Shown here piece after piece: positions 9,352-19,413 of a DNA stretch of 48,926 nt; position 1 is the first letter of the stretch, and every line of letters starts with the position of its first letter. Source of the stretch: an uncultured Thermococci archaeon. GTDB taxonomy: Archaea > CAYQAE01 > CAYVLA01. Location: assembly GCA_964549615.1 (NCBI GenBank), contig CAZJVP010000079.1:1-48926 (forward strand), given 5' to 3'. The notes beneath the pieces were generated by a model. The model made no database searches and was not told where the DNA came from. It saw only the letters and a list, made by a program, of their open reading frames with translations. Both the position numbers and the translations under genes were made by a program.

Positions 9352-9840
9352 GTGTCGGCCAGAAGCGCTTGGAACTGAAAATTGTCACATTGCACGCGTT
9401 GAGCCTTCGGGTCGCTTCGCCTTTTCGTGTCAGCGCGCACCCCCCTCCGGCTTTGGCCTAAGGTTCGGGTAATATCTGGGGTAGGTCAAGGCTCCTGATG
9501 GTTGCATGTGGCAGGAGGGCCAGGATCTCAGGGGGCGTCCCTGATAGCTCTGGCCAGCCACCATCCCAGTCGAGGGGGCGTATGCTGCTGAAGTTGCCGG
9601 TTTCTCGACGACCTCATGGCCTGGGCCTCCATCTTGATGGGCTGTTCAGCAACGTTGTTTCAGGCATGGGCGCAGCCACGATGCAGCTACGTGTAGAGCT
9701 CCCATTTCAAAGGAATGGGAAGCCGGAGGAGAGGCGTCAACCCGGCAAAGGAACATGCAGCACAGAAGGCCTAGGTCCGGGACTCCGCATGCTATAGGAG
9801 TACTTGAGCGAGCTAGATCCGAAGGCGGGAGACGATATAT

Positions 9841-10833
9841 ATGGCCAGGAGGCTTAGCCTGTGTTGCTTGGCAGCCCAGGAGACAGCCCGGTTTGCGGAT
9901 TCCCCCTACGACGTTCTCCGCAAGCAGGGGTACGGCTTGGTCGGCCGTCACTCGGCGGTCAAGCTGTGTCACTGGCTGCGGAAGAGCCTTCGTGGAAAGG
10001 GCCACTGCTACAAGCAGGAATTCTATGGCATACAGTCGCACCGGTGCCTCCAGATGTCGCCGGCCGTGGCGCACTGCGACTTCAGATGCATCTACTGCTG
10101 GAGGCCGGTGGAGTTCACCCAAGGCGTCTCAATGGGGCAGGATGTCGATCCCCCCGAGGAGATAGCCTCCGGATCGATCGCAGCCCAGAGGAAGCTCTTG
10201 AGCGGTTACGGTGGAGTGCCCGATCTCGTTCCGATTGATAGATTCAGGGAATCCTTGGACCCCCGGCATGCGGCGATATCGCTTGCCGGGGAGCCCACGA
10301 TCTATCCCCGTCTGGGGGAACTCATCCATGAATACTCGAGAAGAGGGATGACGACCTTCCTGGTGACGAACGGCTCGTACCCGGAGGCTCTCGAGAGCCT
10401 GTCCACCGAGCCCACCCAGCTCTACATCTCGCTCTCAGCCCCCTCCGAGGCGGTGCACCTGAGAGTTAACCGGCCCGTGGTGAGCGGGTCGTGGCGGTCG
10501 ATTCTCAATAGCCTGGACCTTCTCGCGTCCTTCCGCTGCAGGACGGTGGTGCGGCTCACCCTCGTGCGCGGCCTAAACATGGAGGGAATCGACGCCTATG
10601 CCCGCCTCATAAGGCAATCCTCGCCGCACTTCGTGGAGGTGAAGGCATACATGTTCGTTGGATGGTCCAGGCATCGGCTGACCATCGCGTGCATGCCATC
10701 GTTTGCCGAGATAAGGCGCTTTGCGGATGCCCTGCAGACCAGCTCCGGATACCTGAAGGTTTGCGAGTCGGCGTCAAGCCGCGTCGTCCTCCTCGCCAGG
10801 GAGCCGGGATCGGCGCTCATCCAGTCGGCCTGA
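9841..10833 (+). CDS. taw1: 4-demethylwyosine synthase Taw1/TYW1 (radical SAM)
   Basis: HSAVKLCHW, CYKQEFYGIQSHRCLQMSP, CDFRCIYCWR (CxxxCxxC), AISLAGEP, EVKAYMFVG. Confidence 0.95.
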   Translation: MARRLSLCCLAAQETARFADSPYDVLRKQGYGLVGRHSAVKLCHWLRKSLRGKGHCYKQEFYGIQSHRCLQMSPAVAHCDFRCIYCWRPVEFTQGVSMGQDVDPPEEIASGSIAAQRKLLSGYGGVPDLVPIDRFRESLDPRHAAISLAGEPTIYPRLGELIHEYSRRGMTTFLVTNGSYPEALESLSTEPTQLYISLSAPSEAVHLRVNRPVVSGSWRSILNSLDLLASFRCRTVVRLTLVRGLNMEGIDAYARLIRQSSPHFVEVKAYMFVGWSRHRLTIACMPSFAEIRRFADALQTSSGYLKVCESASSRVVLLAREPGSALIQSA

Positions 10834-10906
10834 GCTTGGAGATGGGCGGTGCATCGGCAGGTGTTGCGGGGACGTTCTTTGCCCTAGGTCTTCGGGACCG
10901 GCTTCC

Positions 10907-11821
10907 CTAGGTCTTCGGGACTGGCTTCGGCGGCTCGACCACGTTGGCCAAGAACTCCGCCTCCACCCCGTCCACGCTGATGGCGACGATGTGGAGGATC
11001 TGGTGAATCGCAACCGCCCAGTTGCCGTTGATGCTGGGAAGCTTGCTTGAGTCGATCGAGAACAGTACCGTGATTCGGTCGTTGCGCCGCAGCCCCTCGA
11101 AGTCTGCAATTCCCCGGTCCGGGGCGTTGAGCACCGAGAGCACGTTTTCTGCGCCCTCGCCCTCCACAGTGCCGTAGTAGACCGACTTCTCTTCATTTTT
11201 CTGCACGGTCAGTTCCTCGACGCTTATGACTCTGCCGGTGTAGAAGTCAGCCACTCCTTCGTAGAAGTACGTCAGGTTGCCGTCTTCGTCGAACAGGCAT
11301 GCGAAGGCGTTGTAGAAGTCCCACAGGTGCCCCCTCCCGAAGCGCGGGCGCTCCAAAGAGTGCATCAGGTCCGAGGGGACCGCCTGCCAAACGGACTGTG
11401 AGAAGTCGTAGAGGTAGACATCGTAGTCCTTCTTCACGAGCCGGTCTCCGTCCACCCATCTTGGCAACTGGATCCGGAAGTGGCTGACCTTCGGCGCCCA
11501 AAGTCCGGCCCTTGACATGTCGAGATACGACCTCAGGCTGGGGATGCGTGCGCAGACATCCTCCGGACTCCCACTTGCATCGATGCCCGCTATGAGGTCC
11601 GTCCTATTCACCAGGCAGAAATAGGACAGCCTCAGGTGAGCGATGGGTTCCTTGGCAAGCAACGTCTGGCCGATGATGAACCTTCCCTTCTCGGCGGCCC
11701 TGTACTCGTTCTTCACCAGAAGGTAGGGCCCGCCCCTCTCTCCCACGATGAAGATGGTTATGAGCGTAGAGATCACGAGCGCAATGAGGATGGTGCCAAG
11801 CAGGCTCCTGTCAAGTCTCAT
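10907..11821 (-). CDS. Uncharacterised N-terminally anchored protein, partner of paralogue B
   Basis: N-terminal TM; homologous by eye to 38251-39117 (YDFS, EGVADFY vs QGAADFY); GGGGAG RBS; starts 12 nt after the stop of paralogue B. Confidence 0.75.
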   Translation of the reverse strand: MRLDRSLLGTILIALVISTLITIFIVGERGGPYLLVKNEYRAAEKGRFIIGQTLLAKEPIAHLRLSYFCLVNRTDLIAGIDASGSPEDVCARIPSLRSYLDMSRAGLWAPKVSHFRIQLPRWVDGDRLVKKDYDVYLYDFSQSVWQAVPSDLMHSLERPRFGRGHLWDFYNAFACLFDEDGNLTYFYEGVADFYTGRVISVEELTVQKNEEKSVYYGTVEGEGAENVLSVLNAPDRGIADFEGLRRNDRITVLFSIDSSKLPSINGNWAVAIHQILHIVAISVDGVEAEFLANVVEPPKPVPKT

Positions 11822-11833
11822 CGGACTCCCCCG

Positions 11834-13012
11834 TCAGACCAGCCTCGTGGTCCCGACCTCCCTGTACAGCTTTCTTCTGACCATGAGCGCCCACACGATG
11901 ACGCCGGTTATCAGAGAGGTCGCTGAGACCGCGCTCCACTCGATCACGTAGATCCAGAGGAGCGCCTGATCCCTCAGTCTGACGGCCGCGGCGTTGATGG
12001 CGTCGAACTGTTTCAGGGCGTCGAGAAGGAGGGAGCTGCTCTCCTCGTATCTCTGCTCGATGTAGAGGTCCTCCGCCTCCTCCCTCATCGGGGTCACATC
12101 GGCCAACATCTGCTCGACCGGACGGGTGTTCGCATTGAACTTGTCGATGAAGTCGATCATTCCGATGATCAGGGCCCTGTGATCCCTAAACGACTCCAGC
12201 TGCTCCCGGATTCTGTGGACAAGTTCCACGTCCTCCGGAACCGGGACGTTTGCAGCCATGTAGGCGTGGTTGGCGAAGTAGTCCTTGTAGTACTTCCACT
12301 CATAGTACGGCTGGTAGAACCTCTCGATCCCCATCGAGTTGGCCACGGCCATGCCCTGGCCGTAGGGGCGGGTGATTATGGCGGCCTCCCTTCCCTTTCG
12401 GTATACCGCCCATGTGGTCGCCCCGGGCCTTGGCACATGGAGTCCCTGCTCATAGGCGAAGGCGACCCGCTCGATCCCTGGGAGGTCAAGGAATGCTCCC
12501 TCCTGCACCACGTCCAGGTACGGGCAGTCCTCGTTCTGCGCGTTCAGGATCATGTCGCAGGGATAAGCGTCGTAAACCGGCGTCTTCAGCCAGTCCTCGC
12601 AGGCATTTCCGGTCCAGCCGGTTATGCCGTACCAGCCCATCTCGCTGAGTATCATCCCCGTGCCCACCTCCTCGATCGAGCGTCTCATCCAGACAAGCTG
12701 CTCGTTCGTGAAGCCCCACGGCGTGAGATCTGAGAGGATGAAGATGTCCAGATCCTCCACCCAGCGCTGGTAGGTCCGGGGCATGTAGATCCTCATGAAC
12801 CTATCCATGTAGGCGGCATGCGTCTCATCACCGGCCGGGATGACGATCGCCGTGATCTTGGGGTCGGTCATAAGGATGCGCGGCACCAGGGAGCAGCCTT
12901 CGCCGAATAGGACCACTCTGATCTTCTTCGTCTGTGGGTCGACCTTGCCGACGGCGTGGGGCACCGCCAACAGGGTGAGCAAGACCAACAGCATGGCCAA
13001 ATGCCCGCGCAT
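11834..13012 (-). CDS. Uncharacterised membrane-anchored protein, paralogue B
   Basis: ATG 13012 with GGTGAGG RBS; signal peptide; same motifs as paralogues A and C. Confidence 0.8.
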   Translation of the reverse strand: MRGHLAMLLVLLTLLAVPHAVGKVDPQTKKIRVVLFGEGCSLVPRILMTDPKITAIVIPAGDETHAAYMDRFMRIYMPRTYQRWVEDLDIFILSDLTPWGFTNEQLVWMRRSIEEVGTGMILSEMGWYGITGWTGNACEDWLKTPVYDAYPCDMILNAQNEDCPYLDVVQEGAFLDLPGIERVAFAYEQGLHVPRPGATTWAVYRKGREAAIITRPYGQGMAVANSMGIERFYQPYYEWKYYKDYFANHAYMAANVPVPEDVELVHRIREQLESFRDHRALIIGMIDFIDKFNANTRPVEQMLADVTPMREEAEDLYIEQRYEESSSLLLDALKQFDAINAAAVRLRDQALLWIYVIEWSAVSATSLITGVIVWALMVRRKLYREVGTTRLV

Positions 13013-13082
13013 GCTCCCGTCCTCACCTGATCGCAATCTCCTGGGGGATATGCACCTAAAAAGGCTTTGGCCGGCCGCTTTG

Positions 13083-14087
13083 CTAGTGCCGGCGCTGATC
13101 AGCGCTCTGCCCCGTGTCCCGCGAGGTCCCCATCGCCTTCATCGTCTCAGCAACGCACATCTTCAGCACTTCGTCCACCTCTCCTCCGCACTTGAGCGCC
13201 GCAGCGCCTCCGTGGCCGCCTCCCTCCCCCTTTAGCCTGGATGCGACCGCTTCCATCACTTGGGCAAGGCTCAGGCCTGCATCGACGAGGTCGCCCCTCG
13301 CCCTGCCGCTGACGCTGACGATCCCCTTCCTTTTTCCTGCGGCAAATGCCACGTCAGCGCCCAGATGGATCAGGCAGGAAGCAACATCGCCCTGGAAGCT
13401 GCTGACGCGGGTCGTTGCGATGAGGCGGCCCCCAGCGGACTTGACGCTGAGGCGGGAGGCCCCCTTCAGGCATGCCATCCTGAGCGAAGGGTCCAAGGGC
13501 GTCCTTAGAAGCGGGAACACGCTCTTGAGTTCCACGCCGCTCGCGGCCGTGATCCGGACGATCCTCTGCAGCGTTTCCCCGACCGCCAGCTTGAGATCCC
13601 CTGTGTCCGCGATTATGCCGGAGAGCAGCTGGACGGCAATCGGCTTCGAGATGCCATCCAGAGATCCTACGTCCACCAGGTACTCAAGGAATTCGAACAC
13701 CATCTCCGAGGCCGATGAGAAGTGCGAATCCACGAAGAGGAAATCCGCTTGGATCTCCCCCTGGGCTTCGTGGTGGTCGATGACGGCCAGCCTTCCCTGC
13801 GCCTTATAATCCGAAGGCGGCCTTGCATCCACGAAGATGGTCAGATCGGGGGTCTTCGCCGGCTCGCGCGTTTCGACGGCCTCCCCTGCGATCTGGGCCA
13901 GCAGCCTGCCAATCTTGCTCGGTGGCCGCGGCGTCAGGACGACGGGAGCTTTGCCGAGAGCCTTGATGGCAAGCTTGAGCGCGAGGGAAGCTCCGACCGC
14001 GTCGGCATCTGCGTTCTCGTGCGTGCGGATCTGAATATCGTCGGATTCCTGGATGAGCGAGAGGAGTCGCTGGAAATCCATCTTCAT
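13083..14087 (-). CDS. DHH/DHHA1 family phosphoesterase
   Basis: THENADADAVG, IDHH, GIIADTG, SGRAR, GGGHGGAA; ATGA overlap with the pfdB stop. Confidence 0.9.
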   Translation of the reverse strand: MKMDFQRLLSLIQESDDIQIRTHENADADAVGASLALKLAIKALGKAPVVLTPRPPSKIGRLLAQIAGEAVETREPAKTPDLTIFVDARPPSDYKAQGRLAVIDHHEAQGEIQADFLFVDSHFSSASEMVFEFLEYLVDVGSLDGISKPIAVQLLSGIIADTGDLKLAVGETLQRIVRITAASGVELKSVFPLLRTPLDPSLRMACLKGASRLSVKSAGGRLIATTRVSSFQGDVASCLIHLGADVAFAAGKRKGIVSVSGRARGDLVDAGLSLAQVMEAVASRLKGEGGGHGGAAALKCGGEVDEVLKMCVAETMKAMGTSRDTGQSADQRRH

Positions 14088-14455
14088 CCGGCCGGGGCGG
14101 GTCCGCCTTCCTGCCCTGTCATGCTTCTGATCTTCGACTCCATCTCCTTCATGCGGTTGACTATCTTCGTCTCCTGCCTCTGGTGCACCTTGATCCTCAG
14201 GTCGAGGGTTTCGATCTTCTCGGCCAGCTCCTTCTTGGCCTCCTCCTTGTCGACGCGGATCATGAGGTTGCCAACGCTCTTGTAGACGATATCCCCGCTC
14301 TGGAGCTTGTCGAGCTCCTCCATCGCCGATTTGGCCTCGCTCAGCTGGGTTTCCAGCCTCCTTCTCTGGAGGGCGATCTCCTGGTACTGTTGCCTTATCT
14401 GCTGGTATTGCCCAAGCTGGTGTTGCAGCTGTTGGGGTATCTTCTCCTCTCCCAT
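14084..14455 (-). CDS. pfdB: Prefoldin beta subunit
   Basis: Coiled-coil hairpin with VYKSVGNLMI; usual operon position. Confidence 0.95.
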   Translation of the reverse strand: MGEEKIPQQLQHQLGQYQQIRQQYQEIALQRRRLETQLSEAKSAMEELDKLQSGDIVYKSVGNLMIRVDKEEAKKELAEKIETLDLRIKVHQRQETKIVNRMKEMESKIRSMTGQEGGPAPAG

Positions 14456-14457
14456 GA

Positions 14458-14703
14458 TCAGTCATCTCCAACGGCCCGTATGATCCTCTCGGCCAGTATC
14501 AACCATCTGAGGTAGGAATTGATCGCAGCCCTCATGCTGGTTATGTCCCTCGCCTCGATCCGCAGCGAAAGGCTCCTGCCCCTCCTGGCCAGCCTGACCC
14601 GGGCGCGCCTTGAGGGTGCCGTGGCCTGTTCGGGCATGACCGCGCCGAGGACGCAGGACGCCGTTGCGGGATCTGCGAACTCGAAAGTCAAGGAGCACCT
14701 CAA
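14458..14703 (-). CDS. pcc1: KEOPS complex subunit Pcc1
   Basis: IEARDITSMRAAINSYLRW motif; lies between rpoP and pfdB. Confidence 0.9.
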   Translation of the reverse strand: MRCSLTFEFADPATASCVLGAVMPEQATAPSRRARVRLARRGRSLSLRIEARDITSMRAAINSYLRWLILAERIIRAVGDD

Positions 14704-14707
14704 CCTT

Positions 14708-14860
14708 CTACCTCGCCTTTATCCTCTTCGGTGTATCGGGCGGCCTAATCTTGTAGAGGATGCGGTATCCGCAGTAGTTGCACCGAACGGGTTCACCCTC
14801 CTTGAGGGTCACGAGCCTTCCGCAGTTGCGACACTTGTACCGTGGCCTGGGTTCCTCCAT
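14708..14860 (-). CDS. rpoP: DNA-directed RNA polymerase subunit P (Rpo12)
   Basis: Below the ORF-track size cut-off. Manual translation [50 protein letters not shown] (50 aa, zinc ribbon, CGYRILYK). Confidence 0.92.
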   Translation of the reverse strand: MEEPRPRYKCRNCGRLVTLKEGEPVRCNYCGYRILYKIRPPDTPKRIKAR

Positions 14861-14864
14861 AGTA

Positions 14865-15101
14865 CTACCCGACTATCCCGGATTCCGCCGCGGCGGGGGT
14901 GTAGGCCCCTCCTGCGAAAACGCTGCCGCACTTGGAGCATCGCCATATGCCCGTTCCAACCCTTCTGAGGGCCAGCTTGCCGCAACGGCTACATTGGTAG
15001 CTAGCCTTGGCCTTGAGGTCGACCTCCCTGAGCTGCCTACGCAGCCTCCACCCGTACCTTGAGCCCATGCGTCCGGCCGATCCAACCTTCTTCGTCCTCA
15101 A
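14865..15101 (-). CDS. rpl37ae: 50S ribosomal protein L37Ae (eL43)
   Basis: [20 protein letters not shown]...[16 protein letters not shown]. Confidence 0.95.
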   Translation of the reverse strand: MRTKKVGSAGRMGSRYGWRLRRQLREVDLKAKASYQCSRCGKLALRRVGTGIWRCSKCGSVFAGGAYTPAAAESGIVG

Positions 15102-15910
15102 GCGGCGACCTCCAATTTGAGCTTCTTCCTTAGGTCCGAAACGGTCTTCCTAGCCAGTTCGAGCGCGGCTTCGATCTCTTCCCTGGACCAGGGGCCGGAA
15201 CCCGTCTTCTGTATGGCTCTAATATGTTCCTCTTCATCCAGTCCGAATACGATCTTGCTGTCCATCCCGATCTCCTCCTCGTGGGTGGTGTCCACAAGGA
15301 GGGCCTTGCCGAACTTGGCAACCGAACAGGCGATCGGGATCCTTCTTATCGGCAGGGCCTGTGTTTGGCCTGCGGCGGCAACCGGCTTTCCGTCCACCAG
15401 CTCCCACTTTTTCATCCGACAGGTAAGGAGCGCGATCACCGATGCAAGCGTCGCACCATCGATGAGATTGCCACCGTCATCGAGCGTGTGTATGTCTACG
15501 AACACCACGACCACGTACTTGCCCCTTTCCAGGCAGAGCTTGCTGAAGTCGATCATCTTTGATTCCCGGATCGACCTGTCTACCACCCTTGCGATCTCGA
15601 TGTACTTGTCGCTCGAGAGAGGCGGACCGGATTCCACGTCCGGGGCTGCCAGAGGAACCAGCTCGGCCGAGGTTATGAGGACCCCCTCGTCCGGGGAATC
15701 GGGGTAGGGCTCCCCAGCTGCGGTCTTGACCGCGACCAAGATCTGGGTATCCCCGAGGTGAAGCAGACAGGAACCCTCCGCCGTCGAGATCACGTTGGTT
15801 TCGTAGGTTATCTCCCGGAACTGATCGAAAGCCCTGCCGTCCGGCCTCTTCCCGTCTGCAACCAGGCTTCGAATGCTCTCCCTCTTGACCTCCTCTACAA
15901 CTTCCTGCAT
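15098..15910 (-). CDS. rrp42: Exosome complex component Rrp42
   Basis: RPDGR, AEGS, GEPYPDSPDEG, ESGPP, ARVVDRSIRES, DDGGNL. Confidence 0.95.
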   Translation of the reverse strand: MQEVVEEVKRESIRSLVADGKRPDGRAFDQFREITYETNVISTAEGSCLLHLGDTQILVAVKTAAGEPYPDSPDEGVLITSAELVPLAAPDVESGPPLSSDKYIEIARVVDRSIRESKMIDFSKLCLERGKYVVVVFVDIHTLDDGGNLIDGATLASVIALLTCRMKKWELVDGKPVAAAGQTQALPIRRIPIACSVAKFGKALLVDTTHEEEIGMDSKIVFGLDEEEHIRAIQKTGSGPWSREEIEAALELARKTVSDLRKKLKLEVAA

Positions 15911-15914
15911 GCGC

Positions 15915-16625
15915 TCATCCCCTGTATTTCTCCATCAGAGCATTTCGCTGCATCTCGTACAGATAGTCCACCACACCCATCGCCAGATCCATTGCCTGCA
16001 TGAACTCCTGGGGGGTGAGGTCCCCGTCCATCTGGAGGAGGGTGATGTTCTTCCTGCGCGGCATCACCGCGATGGGCATGTCCGCCTCGCCGAAATTGTC
16101 CTCGTTCTTATCTAGGTCTAGGCAGATCTGGCCGTCGATCTTGCCCGCGGCTACCGCCACAACCAGGTCGCGCATCGGTATCCCGGCGTCTGCCAGGGCA
16201 AGCGACGCCGCGTTTATGCCCGTGCACCTCGTGCCCGCGTCCGCCTGAAGCACCTCGATGTTGACATCGATGCTCGACCTGGGGTAGTAGCCGAGGAAGA
16301 GCGCAGGCATCAGGGCCTCTCTCGTGACTTTGGAGATCTCGGTGGACCTCCGATCGGGCCCCGGCCGCTTTCTCTCCTCCACCGAGAACGATGCCATGTT
16401 GTATCTGACCTGCAAAATGGCCGAGTCGGACTCCTGTAGATGTCTGGGGTGGGTCTCTCTCGGCCCGTAGACCGAGGCCAGCACCTTGTTCTTTCCCCAC
16501 TCGACGTAGCCCGAACCATCCGCCCTCTTGAGCGGGCCGACCTTCATCTTGATCGGTCTGAGTTCGTTCAGGGCTCTACCGTCCAGCCTCTTGCCTTCCG
16601 TTATCAGTCGCTCCGGCTTCTCCAA
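15915..16625 (-). CDS. rrp41: Exosome complex exonuclease Rrp41
   Basis: RLDGR...[45 protein letters not shown]; TTG start after GGAGAGGAG. Confidence 0.97.
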   Translation of the reverse strand: MEKPERLITEGKRLDGRALNELRPIKMKVGPLKRADGSGYVEWGKNKVLASVYGPRETHPRHLQESDSAILQVRYNMASFSVEERKRPGPDRRSTEISKVTREALMPALFLGYYPRSSIDVNIEVLQADAGTRCTGINAASLALADAGIPMRDLVVAVAAGKIDGQICLDLDKNEDNFGEADMPIAVMPRRKNITLLQMDGDLTPQEFMQAMDLAMGVVDYLYEMQRNALMEKYRG

Positions 16626-17313
16626 ATCTCCTCTCCTCCTGGAGTAGACTCTTTATGCGGTTCGTCAGGCCCGATGTGTGGGCTTCCCTCTCTATCTTGC
16701 GGAGGATCGTCTTCAGCAGGTCCTCCCGTCGGGCATCGGTGCACCGTGCCCAGATTATGCCGTTCTGACCAACCAATATCTCTCGGCATACGCTTCTCTT
16801 GAGCATGCTTATCATGGATCCCTTCCTTCCGATGACCCGCGGCACCTTCGCGGGGCTGATCGTGAATATCCTGCCCCCGACGAGCTTCCTGAGCTCCGGT
16901 TCCTGCATCGTGAGCTTGACCTGCATGAGCTCGTTCACGCTGAGGACCTGCGCATAAATGAGGTCCGACGTCCTGAGGATATCCTCGAGGTTCCCCTTGA
17001 CCACGTCGAAGTTGTAGGGGACCTCGGAGACCCTGAGGATTCCAGGCATAGGGCTACGGATATAGACCATCCACCCAAGGAACTGGACCTCGGTGACCAT
17101 GCCGACGATCCTGTCGCCCGGCTTGGGGATGTACGCGCCCTCCAGGGGTATGACCCTTACCGTGTTGCCGTGGAGATCTACCAGCCCGATGACGGAGGAG
17201 TATATCTCATCGCCCTCCCTAAAGACGCCCTCCTCGAGCTTGTACCGGCCTCTCGCAACCAGCGTGCCGGGCGTCACGAGGGCTCTGTTGGCAGTCTCGA
17301 CGGTGTCGCTCAT
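16576..17313 (-). CDS. rrp4: Exosome RNA-binding protein Rrp4
   Basis: LVTPG, YIPKPGD (S1), [12 protein letters not shown] (KH), [15 protein letters not shown]. Confidence 0.95.
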   Translation of the reverse strand: MSDTVETANRALVTPGTLVARGRYKLEEGVFREGDEIYSSVIGLVDLHGNTVRVIPLEGAYIPKPGDRIVGMVTEVQFLGWMVYIRSPMPGILRVSEVPYNFDVVKGNLEDILRTSDLIYAQVLSVNELMQVKLTMQEPELRKLVGGRIFTISPAKVPRVIGRKGSMISMLKRSVCREILVGQNGIIWARCTDARREDLLKTILRKIEREAHTSGLTNRIKSLLQEERRFGEAGATDNGRQEAGR

Positions 17314-17318
17314 TCCCT

Positions 17319-18038
17319 CTATCTCCTTTCTATCAACTTCGTTTCAGCTTGACCTTGGGTTAGCTTTCCCAGAAGCGAGTAGAAGTCCTGTTCCGCGCCG
17401 ACGGGTATCTCCAGCAGCCCGATCCACGAGCCGTCTTTCTGCCACTCCTCCTTCTTCAGGTCGCCGAAGGACTTCACCTGCCCGTAGGCCCTGCCGGTGA
17501 ACTCGGCCGGGATCTTCACCGCTATCGTCCTGACCTCGAATCTGAGAGGAAGAATGGTTCTGAGGTCCTTCACGATGTTCTTGACCTGGGCCTCCACGGA
17601 ATCGAAGGGGTCGATCCTTATCTTGGCCTCGGTGAGCGCGTTATCCACCCTCGAAGGGGGGTGCGGGTAGCCTGTTCTGGGGTCAACGGCGTTCCGCGAA
17701 ATGAACGCCACGATCGCCTTCCTCTTCTCCTCGATCATCTGTCTTCTCTGGTCCGTCGTCAGCTGGATTTCACCCTCGCGTATTATCTTCCTTGCGATAG
17801 CCTCAAGATCGAGCGTGCCGAAGACCTCGGCTATGCGCTCGTCTGAAACCCTCTCGCCCTTTCTGGCATCCTTGAAAACTCCATGCACCGCGAGGAGGTC
17901 GTCGAGGTCAACGGGCTCGCCCCGCCTGACCTTGGGCGCCAGGTTCGAGTCAACGAGTATCTCAAAGGTCGAGCCATGCGAGGTCAGCCTCGCCACGACG
18001 GCCTCATCAACCTTCACCATCGCCTGTGCCTCCGCCAA
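17319..18038 (-). CDS. Ribosome maturation protein SBDS/Sdo1 (ATG 18020 is an alternative start)
   Basis: [37 protein letters not shown]. Confidence 0.95.
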   Translation of the reverse strand: MAEAQAMVKVDEAVVARLTSHGSTFEILVDSNLAPKVRRGEPVDLDDLLAVHGVFKDARKGERVSDERIAEVFGTLDLEAIARKIIREGEIQLTTDQRRQMIEEKRKAIVAFISRNAVDPRTGYPHPPSRVDNALTEAKIRIDPFDSVEAQVKNIVKDLRTILPLRFEVRTIAVKIPAEFTGRAYGQVKSFGDLKKEEWQKDGSWIGLLEIPVGAEQDFYSLLGKLTQGQAETKLIERR

Positions 18039-18178
18039 CGTCCCGTCCGCCTTGAGTGGCTCGAAGAGGTCGTTCGAGGGAGGCCTGGCATTCCGGTCCC
18101 ATTCGCCATCTGGCCGACGACTGCCTTAGGGAAGATTCAGACACACGCCAGACTTTGCCTACCCTGTTGCTTTCCCGG

Positions 18179-18772
18179 TCAAACCCCGTCGGGGGTGTGC
18201 TTGGCACTCCCATCCCTCGTTGCCGAGGTTAGATCCAAGAAATCTAGGATCGTGAACCCAAAGGATCCTTGATCGCTGGTCAGGTCGACCCTGCCATCAT
18301 CGAAAACCTGTTTGAGCTTGAATTCCCCGCGAGCAATCTTCACGTCGGACCCCGGGACGAAAGCCTTGATTTCGGCCATTCTCCTAAGCCTTCCCGGATC
18401 TTCCTCTCCTAGCCTCTTTTCCACTCTTTCAAGCACAGTGGCCGACGATTTTCTAATAAATTTATCCTTGCAAGCCCGCATCGTCCCGGAGACGCCCAGA
18501 CTCCGCACGATCACGGGCTCGCCTTCCATCTCGGTGGTCAGGAGCATCGATGTCCTTAGGTCATCCAGGCCATCTAGGTCGGATCTGAGCATTCCGACCT
18601 GTTTCTGCTCGTCGAAGAAGACGAGCCATGGCGATGACTTAAAGAAACCCTTCTCCCCCGCGAACCGTAGGAGAGAGTTCGTCAAGTGCCCTATGACCGC
18701 GTCCCGCCGAATCCTGGTTCTTCCTAGGACTTCGAACGCCACATACCGTCTCTTTGGTCTCACTTCATCCAT
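18179..18772 (-). CDS. rnp2: RNase P protein component 2 (Pop5/Rpp14) with C-terminal extension
   Basis: MDEVRPKRRYVAFEV and LGVSGTMR motifs; follows rnp3. Confidence 0.85.
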   Translation of the reverse strand: MDEVRPKRRYVAFEVLGRTRIRRDAVIGHLTNSLLRFAGEKGFFKSSPWLVFFDEQKQVGMLRSDLDGLDDLRTSMLLTTEMEGEPVIVRSLGVSGTMRACKDKFIRKSSATVLERVEKRLGEEDPGRLRRMAEIKAFVPGSDVKIARGEFKLKQVFDDGRVDLTSDQGSFGFTILDFLDLTSATRDGSAKHTPDGV

Positions 18773-19412
18773 CCCCGCGCTCCCGGGCCCTGTCCAAGAT
18801 GGCTCGCGGCGTTGATGTGAGCCAGTCCAAGGCGTCCTTGCGCGGAACGCCCAGGCAAGCGTGCAAGGCACAGGCGAGATCCCTTGGGTCGCGCATGAGG
18901 TAGCTGTCCTCTGCGCCCGAGACTAGGACCTCGGGACATGCGTGCTTCTCACAATACCCGTGTATGTTGCACCATGACCTTATCAGGCTCGATCTTCTAG
19001 CTGCCCGTTCCTTGAGCAGCTGTGAGTATGGGTACGCAACTGGAACCTCGTTTTCTGCCGCCGACCTTAGGGCTGCCGTGTCGTTGGGCGCGGGAACGAT
19101 GAAGTCAGCCGCCCCGGTGGCAGCGGCGCGGGCCGCACGCTTGCCGAATGCAACCCTAAGGTCCGCCCCCCGGTCTCGCGACCAACCTTCCTCCGCGACC
19201 GTGACGACCTGCACTTCGCGAATCCACGTCTCGGGAATGGGCATCGCGTCCCTTCCTCTCCGCAGGATTCCGACCACCGAGTAACCCAGATGGGCCGCAA
19301 CCCACACCAGGCGGGAAGGTGTATCCCTCCCACCCGCGCCAAGCGGGAAGGTCAGAAGATCGATGTACGACCTCGCCACCCCATCCACATCCAGCCCCAT
19401 GGGCCGAAGCAA
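18765..19412 (-). CDS. rnp3: RNase P protein component 3 (Rpp30)
   Basis: AAHLGY, AAENEV, VSGAEDSYLMRDPRD; between rpl15e and rnp2; start approximate. Confidence 0.8.
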   Translation of the reverse strand: MLRPMGLDVDGVARSYIDLLTFPLGAGGRDTPSRLVWVAAHLGYSVVGILRRGRDAMPIPETWIREVQVVTVAEEGWSRDRGADLRVAFGKRAARAAATGAADFIVPAPNDTAALRSAAENEVPVAYPYSQLLKERAARRSSLIRSWCNIHGYCEKHACPEVLVSGAEDSYLMRDPRDLACALHACLGVPRKDALDWLTSTPRAILDRARERGDG

Positions 19413-19413
19413 G

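Noticed and set aside
9380-9840. 460-nt gap between paralogue A and taw1
   Set aside because: No convincing ORF, repeat or RNA structure; probably divergent promoters plus decayed sequence
14088-14471. Apparent 128-aa N-terminal extension of the DHH protein
   Set aside because: It overlaps pfdB in another frame; the ATGA-coupled start at 14087 is more plausible
16576-16625. 50-nt overlap of rrp4 and rrp41 considered as a frameshift or fusion
   Set aside because: Both proteins are complete and rrp41 has a strong RBS before its TTG; a simple stop-codon drift explains it
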